Shown one piece after another: positions 24,296 through 36,599 of a DNA stretch of 64,000 bases. Source of the stretch: Leucoraja ocellata (Eukaryota); assembly GCA_036785375.1 (NCBI GenBank), contig JAWMAR010000001.1, forward strand, positions 4,464,001 through 4,528,000, read 5' to 3'. Position numbers and translations under genes: made by a program. The notes under the pieces are model-generated. The model did no database searches, was not told the DNA's origin, and saw only the letters and a list, made by a program, of their open reading frames with translations. The stretch's first letter is position 1; each line of letters begins with the position of its first letter.

Positions 24296-25110
24296 ATAAT
24301 GTGGATAAATGTGAGGTTATCCATTTTGGTGTCAAAAACAGGAAAGCAGACTATTATCTAAATGGTGGCCGATTGGGAAAGGGGGAGATGCAGCGAGACC
24401 TGGGTGTCATGTACACCAGTCATTGAAGGTAGGCATGCAGGTGCAGCAGGCAGTAAAGAAAGCGAATGGTATGTTAGCTTTCATTGCAAAAGGATTTGAG
24501 TATAGGAGCAGAGAGGTTCTACTGCAGTTGTACAGGGTCTTGGTGAGACCACACCTGGAGTATTGCGTACAGTTTTGGTCTCCAAATCTGAGGGAAGGAC
24601 ATTATTGCCATAGAGGGAGTGCAGAGACGGTTCACCAGACTGATTCCTGGGATGTCAGGACTGTCTTATGAAGAAAGACTGGATAGACTTGGTTTATACT
24701 CTCTAGAATTTAGAAGATTGAGAGGGGATCTTATAGAAACTTACAAAATTCTTAAGGGGTTGGACAGGCTAGATGCAGGAAGATTGTTCCCGATGTTGGG
24801 GAAGTCCAGGACCAGGGGTCACAGCTTAAGGATAAAGGGGAAATCCTTTAAAACTGAGATGAGAAGAACTTTTTTCACACAGAGAGTGGTGAATCTCTGG
24901 AACTCTCTGCCACAGAGGGTAGTTGAGGCCAGTTCATTGGCTATATTTAAGAGGGAGTTAGATCTGGTCCTTGTGGCTAAGGGGATCAGGAGGTATGGAG
25001 AGAAGGCAGGTACGGGATACTGAGTTGGATGATCAGCCATGATCATATTGAATGGCGGTGCAGGCTCGAAGGGCCGAATGGCCTACTCCTGCACCTAATT
25101 TCTATGTTTA
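24296..25110 (+). mobile_element. Young CR1/HER1 LINE, 5'-truncated
   Basis: KKANGMLAFI..LVRPHLEYCVQFWSP..QRRFTRLIPG..RGDLIETYKIL..FFTQRVVNLWNSLP, plus 3' UTR and tail. Confidence 0.95.
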
Positions 25111-26204
25111 TTCTGCACATTGTTAAATAATGTCCTCCACAACTAAAGCATAACCATCAGCAGCATAACAGTGTTACAGGCTTGTTAGCAAGTACAAATT
25201 CCATTGTTCTGTTTTCAGTACAATTAAACACTCTTGACTCTCTTGACTATTTTACATTCAGTTCTCCTCATAAATAAACAATAGCATTCTGTTAACTTTC
25301 CTAATTACTGCATACTAGGATATTGTAAGTCAAACACACCCAGATTACTCTAGATCTTAGAATTTTGCAATTTCTCACCATTCAAATAATTTTTTTTTAT
25401 TTTCCCAGCCAATCTCACAGTTTCCCAACCAGTCTCACAGTTTTTTTTCCCCACTCCATTGACCTAACTTTGTACCTTCCTTATGGCCTTTTCATAATTT
25501 ATTTCTCCTAAGTGGATCGCCTCACATTTTCCTGAATCTTAGTGCCCTATTACAATTATCTCAATAGATTCCCGTATTTCTCTTCTTACTGATGATAGAT
25601 CAACTGGTCTATTAATTCTGTATTATCTCTCTCCCTTTCCTTCGTTCCTAAATTGGGTTAACATTTACTAAAATCCATCTGAGAGAACCACTCTAGTATT
25701 GATGGAATTTTAGGAGATGATCCACAATTTTTATTGTCAACTCCTTTAGTATCCTAAGATTTGGGTCATCAAGTCTTGTAGATTTATGGCCTTTCATTCC
25801 CACCTCTCCAATAAAAAATGTTCACCTACATTGGTTTCTTTCAGCTACCCATTCATTGTAATGCTCTGTTTCCTTGACATTCTCAGTGGCTTCTGCCATA
25901 AAGATGGATGTAAATATATTGATTTAATTTATCTGCCATTTCTTTTGTCTCGGTCTGTAAGGAATACACATTAACTTAAGCCGATCTTTTCCTTTGTATA
26001 TACCTTACGGAGGATTCTATAGCCTGCTCTTGTTTCTTGATGGACTACTTTAATATTCTCCTTCCCCCTTCCTCATTAATTCCTTGATTCTTTGCTGAAT
26101 TCTGAAATCTTCCCCAAGCCTCACTTTTTTAGGACAGTTGTTGGACTTTTCCTTTAATCTAATGCTATTTTTAACTTGACAACTTAGTTAGAACACTCAT
26201 TTAA

Positions 26205-26330
26205 AAAAGAACTGCAGATGCTGGAAAAATCAAAGGTAGACAAAAATGCTGGATAAACTCAGCAGGTGAGGCAGCATTTTTGGAGAGGAGGGATAGGCGA
26301 CGTTTCGGGTCGAGACCCTTCTTCAGACTG
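26205..26330 (-). repeat. Penelope-like short repeat with an intact minimal hammerhead-like core (26299-26326)
   Basis: Minus strand CTGAAGA-A-GGGTC-TC-GACCC-GAAACGTC. Confidence 0.7.
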
Positions 26331-26917
26331 ATCTTTCTGTTTCTGTTTGTCTTGTGCCTTTAAGGGGTATCTGTTACTTGTGAACCCTATTTTTTAGAAT
26401 TGCTTGTTGATTGTGTTTTTAATGTAGTTTCCCAATTCATCATAGCCATCATGCCTTTATTATGTGCTTTATTCAGATTTGGGGGCTTATCCCCAACACT
26501 ATTTCTGTGTTTGATGGTGAAGTTTAGTTGAACCAGCATTTGGTGAATTATGCCAGGTTTTAAGTGTAACAATCAAACCTTGTGTATTTAGTGATCTTTA
26601 GTTTTGAACATTTACTCACATGGGCTATGTGTTCTTCACATAAACTTTACTTGGCACCTTAAGGCAGTTGTGCTGCAAATTATTCTAGCAAGATTTTATG
26701 CACTGGTTTTGTCAGGGTTTTCCAGTTAAGTCTTCAATTTATCTTTGTTTTCCTTTGATATTAGGTTGCTTGCTACACTCAATTTTATGTTGCATTCCCC
26801 TGCAAGACAGCTCAATGGTGACCCCTGTCTGCAAGAAGATACATAGGAACATTCCATTCCATATGTTATTTTTGGCATGAAAACCTTGTGTACTTTCTTC
26901 ACTGGTTGCACACTTAA

Positions 26918-27192
26918 GGGCCTGTCCCACTATACGAGTTTACCCAAAAGCTCTCCCGAGTTTAAAAAAAAATTAATCTCATGGTAAGTACGTAGCGGGT
27001 ACGTCGGAGCTCGGGACGTCTCTTAGCTGCTCGTAACGTTTGCGGCGGGTACTCGGGAAACGTGATAACCTCGTGAAGTTTTTTCAACATGTTGAAAAAT
27101 GTCCACGAGAGCCCCGAGTCCTTACGAGTGGCTATTACGAGTTCGAATCAGGGGAAACTCGGGAGAATTACCTCGTACAGTGGGACACGCCC
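26918..27192. mobile_element. MITE, probably PIF/Harbinger-type
   Basis: TIRs GGGCCTGTCCCACT / AGTGGGACACGCCC preceded by TAA; central palindrome TTTTTCAACATGTTGAAAAA. Confidence 0.7.
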
Positions 27193-27945
27193 GCTTTAAA
27201 ATCCCATGAGAGATAAATGCACTTAAAATATACAATAGACAATAGGTGCAGGAGTAGGCCATTTGGCCCACTGACACAACTTTTCACCCCCATTCAATGT
27301 GATCATGGCTGATCATCCCCCCGTTCCTGCCTTCTCCCCATATCCCCTGACTCCGCTATTTTAAAGAGCCCTATCTAGCTCTCTCTTGAAAGCATCCAGT
27401 GAACCTGCCTCCATCTAAGGCAGAAAATATGCAGGTTCTTGGAATTTCAACTGTATGAAGAGATTTGGGATACATAGCAACTGTACAGTGTGATTCACAT
27501 TTAACTGAGAGGACTCCAGTTGAGTACATAGAGAACGGTGTGGTTACAATGACCAATGAAGAACATTAGTGTATTCAAAGCAATTCAAAACAAATATGTT
27601 TGACAATTGACACAGTTTATATAGATGAAAGAGGTAAAGTTAACTTTTTTAAACTAAAATAATGCAGTGGTTGTAACATTGAGAACTCACCTAAACGGTG
27701 TAGAGATGAGAATAACTCTTGGCTGCTGTGTGGGCGATGTCATTACTTTGCATAGAAAATAAAAAAGTTTTATTGTCTGGGCGTTGCATCTAACTGGAAG
27801 ATCATCTCTCCACATCAGGCCTTTGTGAATTTGGGCAGGTGGGAGTGATGGGCAGCTGGATCCAGGAAGATCCAGCCGATTGTAGGGTTTTCAGACAAGA
27901 ACGTGTATGAAGAGGGGAAAGAAAAAACCTTAGGTGCCAAATAAA

Positions 27946-28437
27946 GGGGCTGTCCCACTGCGGCGACCTAATCTGCGAGTTTAGAAGAGTTTGTCCTCGA
28001 CTCAAACTCGCAGCATGGTCGACACGTGGTCCTAAGAGGTCCTATGAGGTCACTGGAACTCTCCTTGCTCGAGGGAGGTTCCCGCATACTCGTGACCTCA
28101 GTTTGGTGAAGGAAAATTTTCAGCATGATGAAAAGTTTTCCGCAAGTAAAAATTGGTCGGCATGGTTCTTTTGAACTCGTAGTGCAGTGAAGTGGGGTCG
28201 CTATGTTGTTACAGGCAGTCGAGGGCAGCCGTAGGCAATCTCCTTCGCTGACCGGGCATTTTAATTGGCTCATTGGAGTTTCCAGGACCAATGAAACCGA
28301 CCGGTAATGTAAAATTCCTGCTAAACTTTATTATAAGTTGTCTGGCTTCTTAAAAGTGTCTCCACCCCTTCTCCTCTCCTTCTCCTCTCCTTCTCCTCCC
28401 CTTCTCCTCCCCTTCTCTCTCCCCTTCTCTCTCTTTA
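27946..28437. mobile_element. One-ended fragment of a longer member of the same GGGC(C)TGTCCCACT transposon family
   Basis: TIR at 27946; interior colinear with the reverse complement of 53650-54087. Confidence 0.6.
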
Positions 28438-28514
28438 ATGTCTTACAACTAGCTTTGACAATTTATTGAGAGGTTTAGATGTCTATAAATGCAGGTTTTC
28501 TGATAATATTCAGG

Positions 28515-29138
28515 TAGATAAGGTGGTCAAAAAGGCTTTTGGCACATTGGCCTTCATCAGTCAGAGTATTGAGTATAGAAGTTGGGAGATCATGTTGTAG
28601 TTGTATAAGATGTTGGTGAGCGCATTTAGAATATTGTGTTCAATTCTGGGCACCATGTTACAGGAAAGATATTGTCAAGCTTGAAAGTGTTCAGAAAAGA
28701 TTTATGGGGATGTTGCCAGGACTAGAGGGTGTGAGCTATTGGGAGAGGTTGTGTCTCTCCCTATTCCTTGGAGCGCAGGGGGATGAGTTGTGTACAAAAT
28801 CATGAGAGTAATAGATCGGGTAGATGCACAGAGTCTCTTATCCAGAGAAGGGGAATAGAGGACCAGAGGACATAGGTTCAAGGTGAAGGGGAAAAGATTT
28901 AATAGGAATCCGAGGAGTAAGTTTGTCATACAAACGGTAGCAGGTGTATGGGACAAGCTGCCAGAGGTGGTATTTGAGGCTGGGATTATCACAACATTTA
29001 AGAAACAGTTAGACAGGTACATGGATAGAACAGGTTTGGAGGGATATGGACCAAGCGCAGGCAGGTGGGACTAGTGTAGCTGGGACATGTTGGCAAGTTG
29101 GGCCGCAGAGCCTGTTTCCACACTGCAATACTCTATGA
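28515..29138 (+). mobile_element. CR1 LINE 3' fragment (second subfamily)
   Basis: LEYCVQFWAP-like segment, TRGHRFKVKGKRF, VWDKLPEVVFEA..FKKQLDRYM. Confidence 0.88.
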
Positions 29139-29852
29139 CCCAGAGAACTACATCCTGTCTACCACTATATTGACTGAACAATTTGCTACCTTTTCATCCT
29201 CTCTCATGACATTAATCCACAGAGCAGGAATCACAGATAATATAGTATACTCCAGGGGGCTGAGAAAAGGAACGAGTTCTTGATGAGAAATTACGGTAGT
29301 GAATGAATATGTACCTTTTCCTTAAGAAGCTAGAGTTTTGATAATTAGAAACCCAGCAAAAGTGTCTCTAATGTAAACCTTCCTACAATTTAAACAGAAA
29401 GGCCAATTTTGTAGTTCTAGGTTATTTTTTAATATAAAAAAACATGCTGTTTAAATATTTCTAAGTCTCATTTAAATCACATTCCTTTTTAAATAGGAAC
29501 AAGCTAATGAAACATATATTTCAACTCTGGAAAGGGTCTGTTTCATCTCTAATGAGCAGCACTGTTCAGCTTGATTACAAATTACTCTGTATGGAATTCA
29601 AAGCATGCAGGAGTCGGCTATTAATCTGCCCACTTCAAAGCCTCAGCAGGTGCTTTCCTTAGTTTCTCAGCCCCGATCAACAATGTAACCACGGGCTATG
29701 CTCTAAATGTTTACAGCAAAAACAAAATTTTAAATAAAATGCATTTCCACTGTAGAGTGGGGAGAAAGGACAGATGTTGGTGTTTGCACACAAGCTATTT
29801 CAGTTAGCATGCTTTAGAAATATGGATTACTTGGCTGTGCCTGTAATGAAAA

Positions 29853-29947
29853 GGTAGACAAAATTGATGGAGAAACTCAGCGGGTGAGGCAGCATCTATG
29901 GAGCGAAGGAATGGGCGACGTTTCGGGTTGAGACCCTTCTTCAGACA
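29853..29947 (-). repeat. Penelope-like short repeat with a hammerhead-like core (29917-29944)
   Basis: Minus strand CTGAAGAAGGGTCTCAACCCGAAACGTC. Confidence 0.7.
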
Positions 29948-30499
29948 GATGGACTGTAATGATAGATCATTACAGACTGCAATGATAGATCATTCTAGGA
30001 AATGTATTCAAAATTAACATTTTTTTTCAAACATTTCCTTATTTACCAGCTCCCAAAGTAACTAAAAATGGGTTCCCTCTGTTCCAAAGTTCTATAATAA
30101 TTGCTGTATTTAAATAAAACCAACAAAGTGACCCAATAATCTCTTTCTGATACTGTACCTACAGCATCAGATATAAATTTATTTGGGTCATTTGTGTCGC
30201 CTACTCTTCAATCTTTTCTGTTCAACCTTTCTTTTCTGCTTGGAGTTGCTTTCACTTTCCAGCATCTACAATTATATTTGTCATAGTTAAGAAGGTAAAT
30301 TAATTTAGAGTTGCATTGTCTCAATGTTGCCCCCTAAAGGACGACTGAATAATGTTGGTGGGGTATTTCATCCTCTTCCACACATGGAGCAATATTAACA
30401 ACACCCAGTACAATCTTGACACAATACAGAAAAAAGTGTAATTTCACAAAAATATTTTATTCAGTAAATTAATGGGAAATCAGCTAATATAAAGTAATA

Positions 30500-30681
30500 A
30501 AAAAGAACTGCAGATGCTGATTTATACCAAAGGTGGACACAAAATGCTGGAGTAACTCAGCAGATCAGGCAGCATCTCTGGAGAACATGGATTGGTGATG
30601 TTTTTGGAGCCGAAATGTCACCTTTCCATATTCTCCAGAGATGCTGCCTGACCCACTAAGTTACTCCAGCATTTTGTGTCT
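30500..30681. repeat. Fold-back (inverted dimer) copy of the Penelope-like repeat
   Basis: GACACAAAATGCTGGAGTAACT..GCAGCATCTCTGGAGAA arm and its reverse complement ending AGTTACTCCAGCATTTTGTGTC. Confidence 0.75.
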
Positions 30682-30917
30682 ATCTCAGCTAATATCAAGG
30701 TTTATATCAGACAAAATGCATGCAAAACATACACTTGCAAGTTTTCTCACTTGCAGAACACCACCATAAACAGATGCTTGATACATGGGACCATTTTTTT
30801 AATGAAATTCCCAAGTCTATTACGCAAAATAAACATTTTGTGTTGTAGGCCAGTTCCAATTTCATCCTTCGTCTTTCCTGCCCTATTATCATTAAGTGAG
30901 AATCCTAAATTTGCAGG

Positions 30918-31310
30918 TTAAGGGGGGACCTGATAGAGGTCTTTAAAATGATGAGAGGGATAGACAGAGTTGATGTGGACAAGCTTTTCCCTTTGAGAAT
31001 AGGGAAGATTCAAACAAGAGGACATGACTTCAGAATTAAGGGACAGAAGTTTAGGGGTAATATGAGGGGGAACTTCTTTACGCAGAGAGTGGTGGCGGTG
31101 TGGAATGAACTCCCAGTGGAAGTGGTGGAGGCATGTTCATTGGTATCATTTAAAAATAAATTGGATAGGCATATGGATGAGAAGGGAATGGAGGGTTATG
31201 GTATGAGTGCAGGCAGGTGGGACTAAGGGGGAAAAAAAATGTGTTCGGCATGGACTTGTAGGGCCGAGATGGCCTGTTTCCGTGCTGTAATTGTTATATG
31301 GTTATATGGT
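30918..31310 (+). mobile_element. CR1 LINE 3' fragment (third subfamily)
   Basis: RGDLIEVFKMMRGIDRVD..TRGH..FFTQRVVAVWNELP..FKNKLD; (TATATGGT)n tail. Confidence 0.92.
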
Positions 31311-32321
31311 TGTAGGAAGTGGTGTGGGGAATGTAATTCTGTGTACACAGAGCTTTGTACAATGTAATGTCATTTCAGTGTTGGCGATGGAAAAGGGTGG
31401 CAGGTTAATGAGGAGAAGAGTAGTGGGACCAATTAAATTCCTCGAATGGGAGTTACATGAACCTAATGCGCTGCACTGAATGGACTCCTGTGTGTTTATA
31501 AGTATAGGATGATATAAGCCTGGTCCACAAAATATCAAGAAGTTGTTCAAATTACATCCTCTCCATTCATCTACCCTCCCCCTCCCCCCTCCAAACACAC
31601 CCCCGCCACAAATCTCTAACCTGCTTAGCTGGCTACAGAGACATTAATAGATGCTCATTATGTTGAATTTCATTAAGAATATCTTCAAAACAAAAACAAA
31701 GGCAAAAGGGTAGATTAATCATTTTAAAACTGCTGGCTACACATAGCCTCTCTGAGCCTTTCCCTCCATTGAAACGAGTAGAGATACTATTCCTATAAAG
31801 AGGTTAGTTCTAGTGCAGTGATATTAGTGGTAATTGCCCACATTTTACAAAATGATCTCTTATGAGAAGCACAGTCACCATCACCAAAACAGCTGACTGC
31901 TACTTTGTGTTTAGGAGGTAATCCTATAATGGCTGATTGCAAGCATTGGCAATAGTCCCCACAGAATGTGGGCCTTTATTCCACCAATACCAGCAGTTTT
32001 TCTGGCTTTTCTCTTGGGGGTTGTGGACTCAAATTCTAACAAATTATTTACTGTGTTTAAGACCAGGGGGGTGAATAACAAAGATGAAACAAAATTAGAT
32101 TGATCCTGTATCTAACCTGTTTTCATCCAATTTGCAAAAATACCCCTTTTTAAACTAAATTAACTAGAAAATGATCAGCAATGGAAATCTTGGCACTTTC
32201 CTCAACAAGCTAATACTGGACATTATTGTCCAGTTAATGTCAGTAGATTGATCCCAAAGTTTATTCCATGTGATTCACTGTAAGAAAGTTTAATCCAGAT
32301 CCAAACATTCAAGGCTATGAT

Positions 32322-34333
32322 TCTAAATACTCCAATAACAAAATATCATTATATGCAGATGATGTATTATTATATATCACCAATTCTCAAGTTAGTATTC
32401 CAAGTATTAAATATTATAGAGGAATTCGACTTCTTTTCAGGATATAGAATAAACTGGAACAAAAGTGAAATTATATCATTAAAACCTGAAGAGTCTACAC
32501 ATCTTCTAAAATTCCCTTTCAGAATTGCTACGGAAAAATTCAAATATCTGGGTGTTCAGGTAACCAGAAAATATACCTCTCTATTCAATGCAAACTTCCC
32601 GCCTTTAGTTACTAAATTAAACGCTCTTATTCAATTTTGGAAAACACTCCCATTGTTTCCAATAGGCAGAATAAATGCTATAAAGATGATCTTCCTCCCA
32701 CAAATTCTGTATTTATTTCAATCAATACCGATGTATCTTCCTAAAATGTTTTAAAAAATCTTGATTCTCTGATTACAAACTTTATCTGGGATTATAAAAC
32801 ACATAGAATTCATAAACTATGTAAACCCAAAGAAACAGGCGGATTGGCTCTCCCCAACTTTTTATACTATTACTGGGCAACGAATATTAAAAATGTAATT
32901 TACTGGCTGGACAACTCATGCCAACAGGTAGACTGGTTAATAATGGAGGGACAGGATTGCTCGCCTTTTAATATAGGCACGATTCTTCTCTCCCCATCAA
33001 ATTTGAAGAACACACTATATGATAAAAATCCGATTATTCACAGCACTCTACGACTCTGGAGACAAGTAAAATCAATTTTTAAACTAAGAAATTTATCTCT
33101 TCTTTCACCAATAGCCACTAACCCTTTGTTCAAGCCATCTATTATAGATAAAACATTTACATATTGGGAAAGATAGGAATCAAAAAACTTGGAGATCTCT
33201 ACGAGATGGGAATTCTTCTCTCATTTCAGGAATTATAGTCGAAATATCACCTGAAAGGTAATCAATATTTCAGATATTTCAGAAAACATATACCCAAGAC
33301 TGCCAAACTTTGCTGCCAGATATACTAGACAAATGTATGAATAAAAATTCAGAGTCAAACAACTTAACATTATATTTGTATAATACCCTTCTAAATATAG
33401 AAATCCCTTTGTCAGAAGTAATTAGAAGAGACTGGGAAGAGGAACTAGGCCTAAAAATTCTAAAAGACAGATGGGAAGAAAACCTTTTATATATACACAA
33501 TTGTTCGATTAACGTTAGACATACGTTAATTCAATTAAAAATACTGCATAGACTCTACTATTCAAAGTCTAAACTGAATAAGATCTTTCCAAATGTATCT
33601 CCTATTTGTGACAAATGTCTCCTTCAAGAAGCAATTATAACACATTCCTTCGCCTCTTGCATAAAATTACATAACTTTTGGAGAGAAATTTTTGAAATTC
33701 TCTCAAAAATATTAAAAACAAAATTGGACCCCGACATGGAACTGATTATTCTAGGAACGTCAGAAGCCTGCTCTGAGTTATGAATATTTCAAAGACGTTT
33801 CCTCAATTATGGTGAAAAAACTAATACTCAAATTTTGGAAACATACATCTGCCCCTACTCTTAAAATGTGGATTACAAACATGTCTGAGACACTACATCT
33901 TAAAAATATAGACTTGTCTTAGCAGAAAAACCAGAACATTTTTCGAAGACATGGCCACCATTCATTGATATATTACAAGGATAGTATGGTGCAACACAAT
34001 TTTGGAGTTAAATCTAATTACGTGATGGGTGGGGAGGGGTACGAGGCATGTATATCATCACCTTTTGTTTTTCTTTCTGTTTTTGTCTTTTTATTTCTCT
34101 ACGTCTTTCTTATTTATTTTACTTACACACTCTTTGGCTACACCAATTTGGTAGTCTAGGGGTTCTATTCTTGCACATCCACCTTTTCTCTCTCTTGCCT
34201 TTTCTCTCTTCTTTTCTAAAAACTTTAGCTAAAAATTAAAATTGAAGCTGTACAATAACTGTATTTTGCCATATGCCGCTGCTTATATTTTTGTATACTG
34301 CTTCTAATAAATAAAAATAAATTTAAAAAAAAA
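32322..34333 (+). mobile_element. L1-clade LINE, 5'-truncated, decayed ORF2 with poly(A) tail
   Basis: Begins near the SLYADD motif; FSGYRINWNKSE, KYLG, GRINAIKM, GGLALPN, CDKC..H..C; AATAAA and A-tail at 34306-34333. Confidence 0.9.
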
Positions 34334-34498
34334 ATAACATTTAGTCCATATGGTCCATCAGTAAGACAACATGAGATCTGCTTAAAATATATATTTTGTT
34401 TTCCCTTTATTTTCAAATATTTCAAGGAACCCGAACATGAATACTCTTTAAAATATCCTTTTTCCATTTATAATTGACATTTTTATCTCAAATATATA

Positions 34499-36276
34499 CA
34501 GTGCCCTCCATAATGTTTGGGACAAACACCCATCATTTATTTATTTGCCTCTGTACTCCACAATATGAGAGTTGTAATAGAAAAAAATCACATGTCAGAT
34601 TTATTTAAAGGGTGTTTTTTATACTTTTGTTTCACCATGTAGAAATTACAGCTGTGTATACATCGTCCCCCCTTTCAGGGGCACCATAATGTTGGGGACA
34701 CAGGGCTTCACAGGTGTTTCTAATTGTTCTGGCGAGTTTAAATGCCTCCTTAATGCAGGTGCAAGTGAACTCACAGCACCTAGTCTTTCCTACAGTCTTT
34801 CCATCACCTTTGGAAACTTTTAATGCTATTTATCAACATGAGGACCAAAGTTGTGCCAATGAAAGTTAAATAAGCCATTATGAGTGAGAAACAAGAATAA
34901 AACTGTTAGAGATACCAGCCAAACCTTGCGCTTACCCAAATCAACTGTTTGGAACATCATTAAGAAGAAAGAGAGCACTGGTGAGCTTACTAATCGCAAA
35001 GGGACTGGCAGGCCAAGAAAGACCACAGCTGATGACAGAGAATTCTTTCTATAATAAAGAAAAATCCTCAAATACCTGTCCGACAAATCAGAAACACTAT
35101 TCAGAAGTCAGGTATGGATTTGTCGATGACCACTGTCCGCAGAAGACTTCATGAACAGAAATACAGAGGCTACACTGCAAGATGCAAACCCCTGGTTAGC
35201 CACAAAAATAGGATGGCCGGGTTACAGTTTGCCAAGAAGTACTTAAAAAATGTTCTGGAAAAAAGGACGTGGACGGATGAGACGGAGATTAACATATCAG
35301 AGTGATGGCAAGAGCAAAGTGTGGAGGAGAGAAAGAACTGCCCAAGATCCAAAGCATACCACCTCATCTGTGAAACACGGTGGTGGAGGTGTTATGGCCT
35401 GGGCATGTATGGCTGCTGAAGGTCCTGGCTCAAACAAATGCCTCAAAACTCATTGGCTGGCAGTTAATTCTGCAGCTAGACAATGATCCCAAACATACTG
35501 CTAAAGCAACAAAGGAGTTTTTAAAGCTAAAAAATAGTAAATTATTTTTAGGGGCGAGACAAACTAAGGGACTGTGGTACACTGTGAAATCGACAGAAGG
35601 ATGGAGGGCTGGGTGTTTATGCGTGCTATTTTCGTGATATTTATTTAGTTGTTTATCATTTAATATTTTACCTGGTATGTATCGTTAGCTTTTAGAAATG
35701 TTTGAATGGTGCACTGACTGGCTGACATTTTTAAATTTTGTTGTACATGGCTCATGTTACAATGACAATAAAGAAACTATTCTATTGAGTGGTGAAATCA
35801 ATCACCTGATCTGAACTTAATTGCGCATGCCTTTTATATGCTGAGCAGAAAACTGAAGGGGACTAGCCCCCAAACCAAGCATAAGTTAAAGGTAGCTGCA
35901 ATACTGGCCTGGCAAAGCATCACCAGAGAAGACACCCAGCAACTAGTGTTGTCCATGAATCACAGACTTCAAGCCGTCATTGCATGCAAAAGATATGCAA
36001 CAATATCCTTGCATAACTAAACATAACTACTTTCATTTACATGACATTGCTGTGTCCCAAACATTATGGTGCCCTGAAATGGGGGGACTATGTATAAACA
36101 CTGCTGTAATTTCTACATGATGAAGCCAAAATGTATAAAAATATCCTTTATTAAAAATCTGGCAATGTGCACTTTAACCACATGTGATTTTTTTTTATTA
36201 CAAATCTCAAATGGTGGAGTACAGAGGCAAATAAATAAATGATGGGTCTTTGTCCCATACATTATGGGGGGCACTG
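34499..36276 (+). mobile_element. Tc1-family DNA transposon with IR/DR termini, defective transposase
   Basis: TA|CAGTGCCCTCCATAATGTTTGGGACA ... TGTCCCATACATTATGGGGGGCACTG|TA, with inner direct repeats at ~34681-34703 and ~36050-36074. Transposase remnants GRPRKT, TVRRRL, WTDET, VKHGGGGVMAWAC, DNDPKHT, QSPDLN, with stops, frameshifts and a deletion. Confidence 0.95.
35545..35786 (+). mobile_element. Short retroposed 3'-tail fragment inserted in the Tc1 transposase
   Basis: Interrupts the transposase between the KAK and QSPDLN segments; ends in CAATGACAATAAAG plus (CTATT)2. Confidence 0.6.
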
Positions 36277-36599
36277 TATAATACAAATGAATTACAAGGT
36301 GAAAGAAGAGCTGCCAGTTCAAAGTACAAAGTTATACTTTGAACTGACAGATAGATTTCACTGAAATAGTTGTGCCCTTTATACGAGTGCTGTTAAATTT
36401 GAATATCCCACAATGTGTGCATGCACACACACAATGGCACTTAACACGTTTATGTAACTATAGAGTATTGCATACTCAATTTTATTTGTAATACTTGAGT
36501 AACAAACCTTCTGATGGGACTTGGAGACTATTGTTGTCCCTTGTGAAAAGTTCCCTTGATTGTTATTTTCGTAGTGTCAATTACAAATGTGTTTTCATT

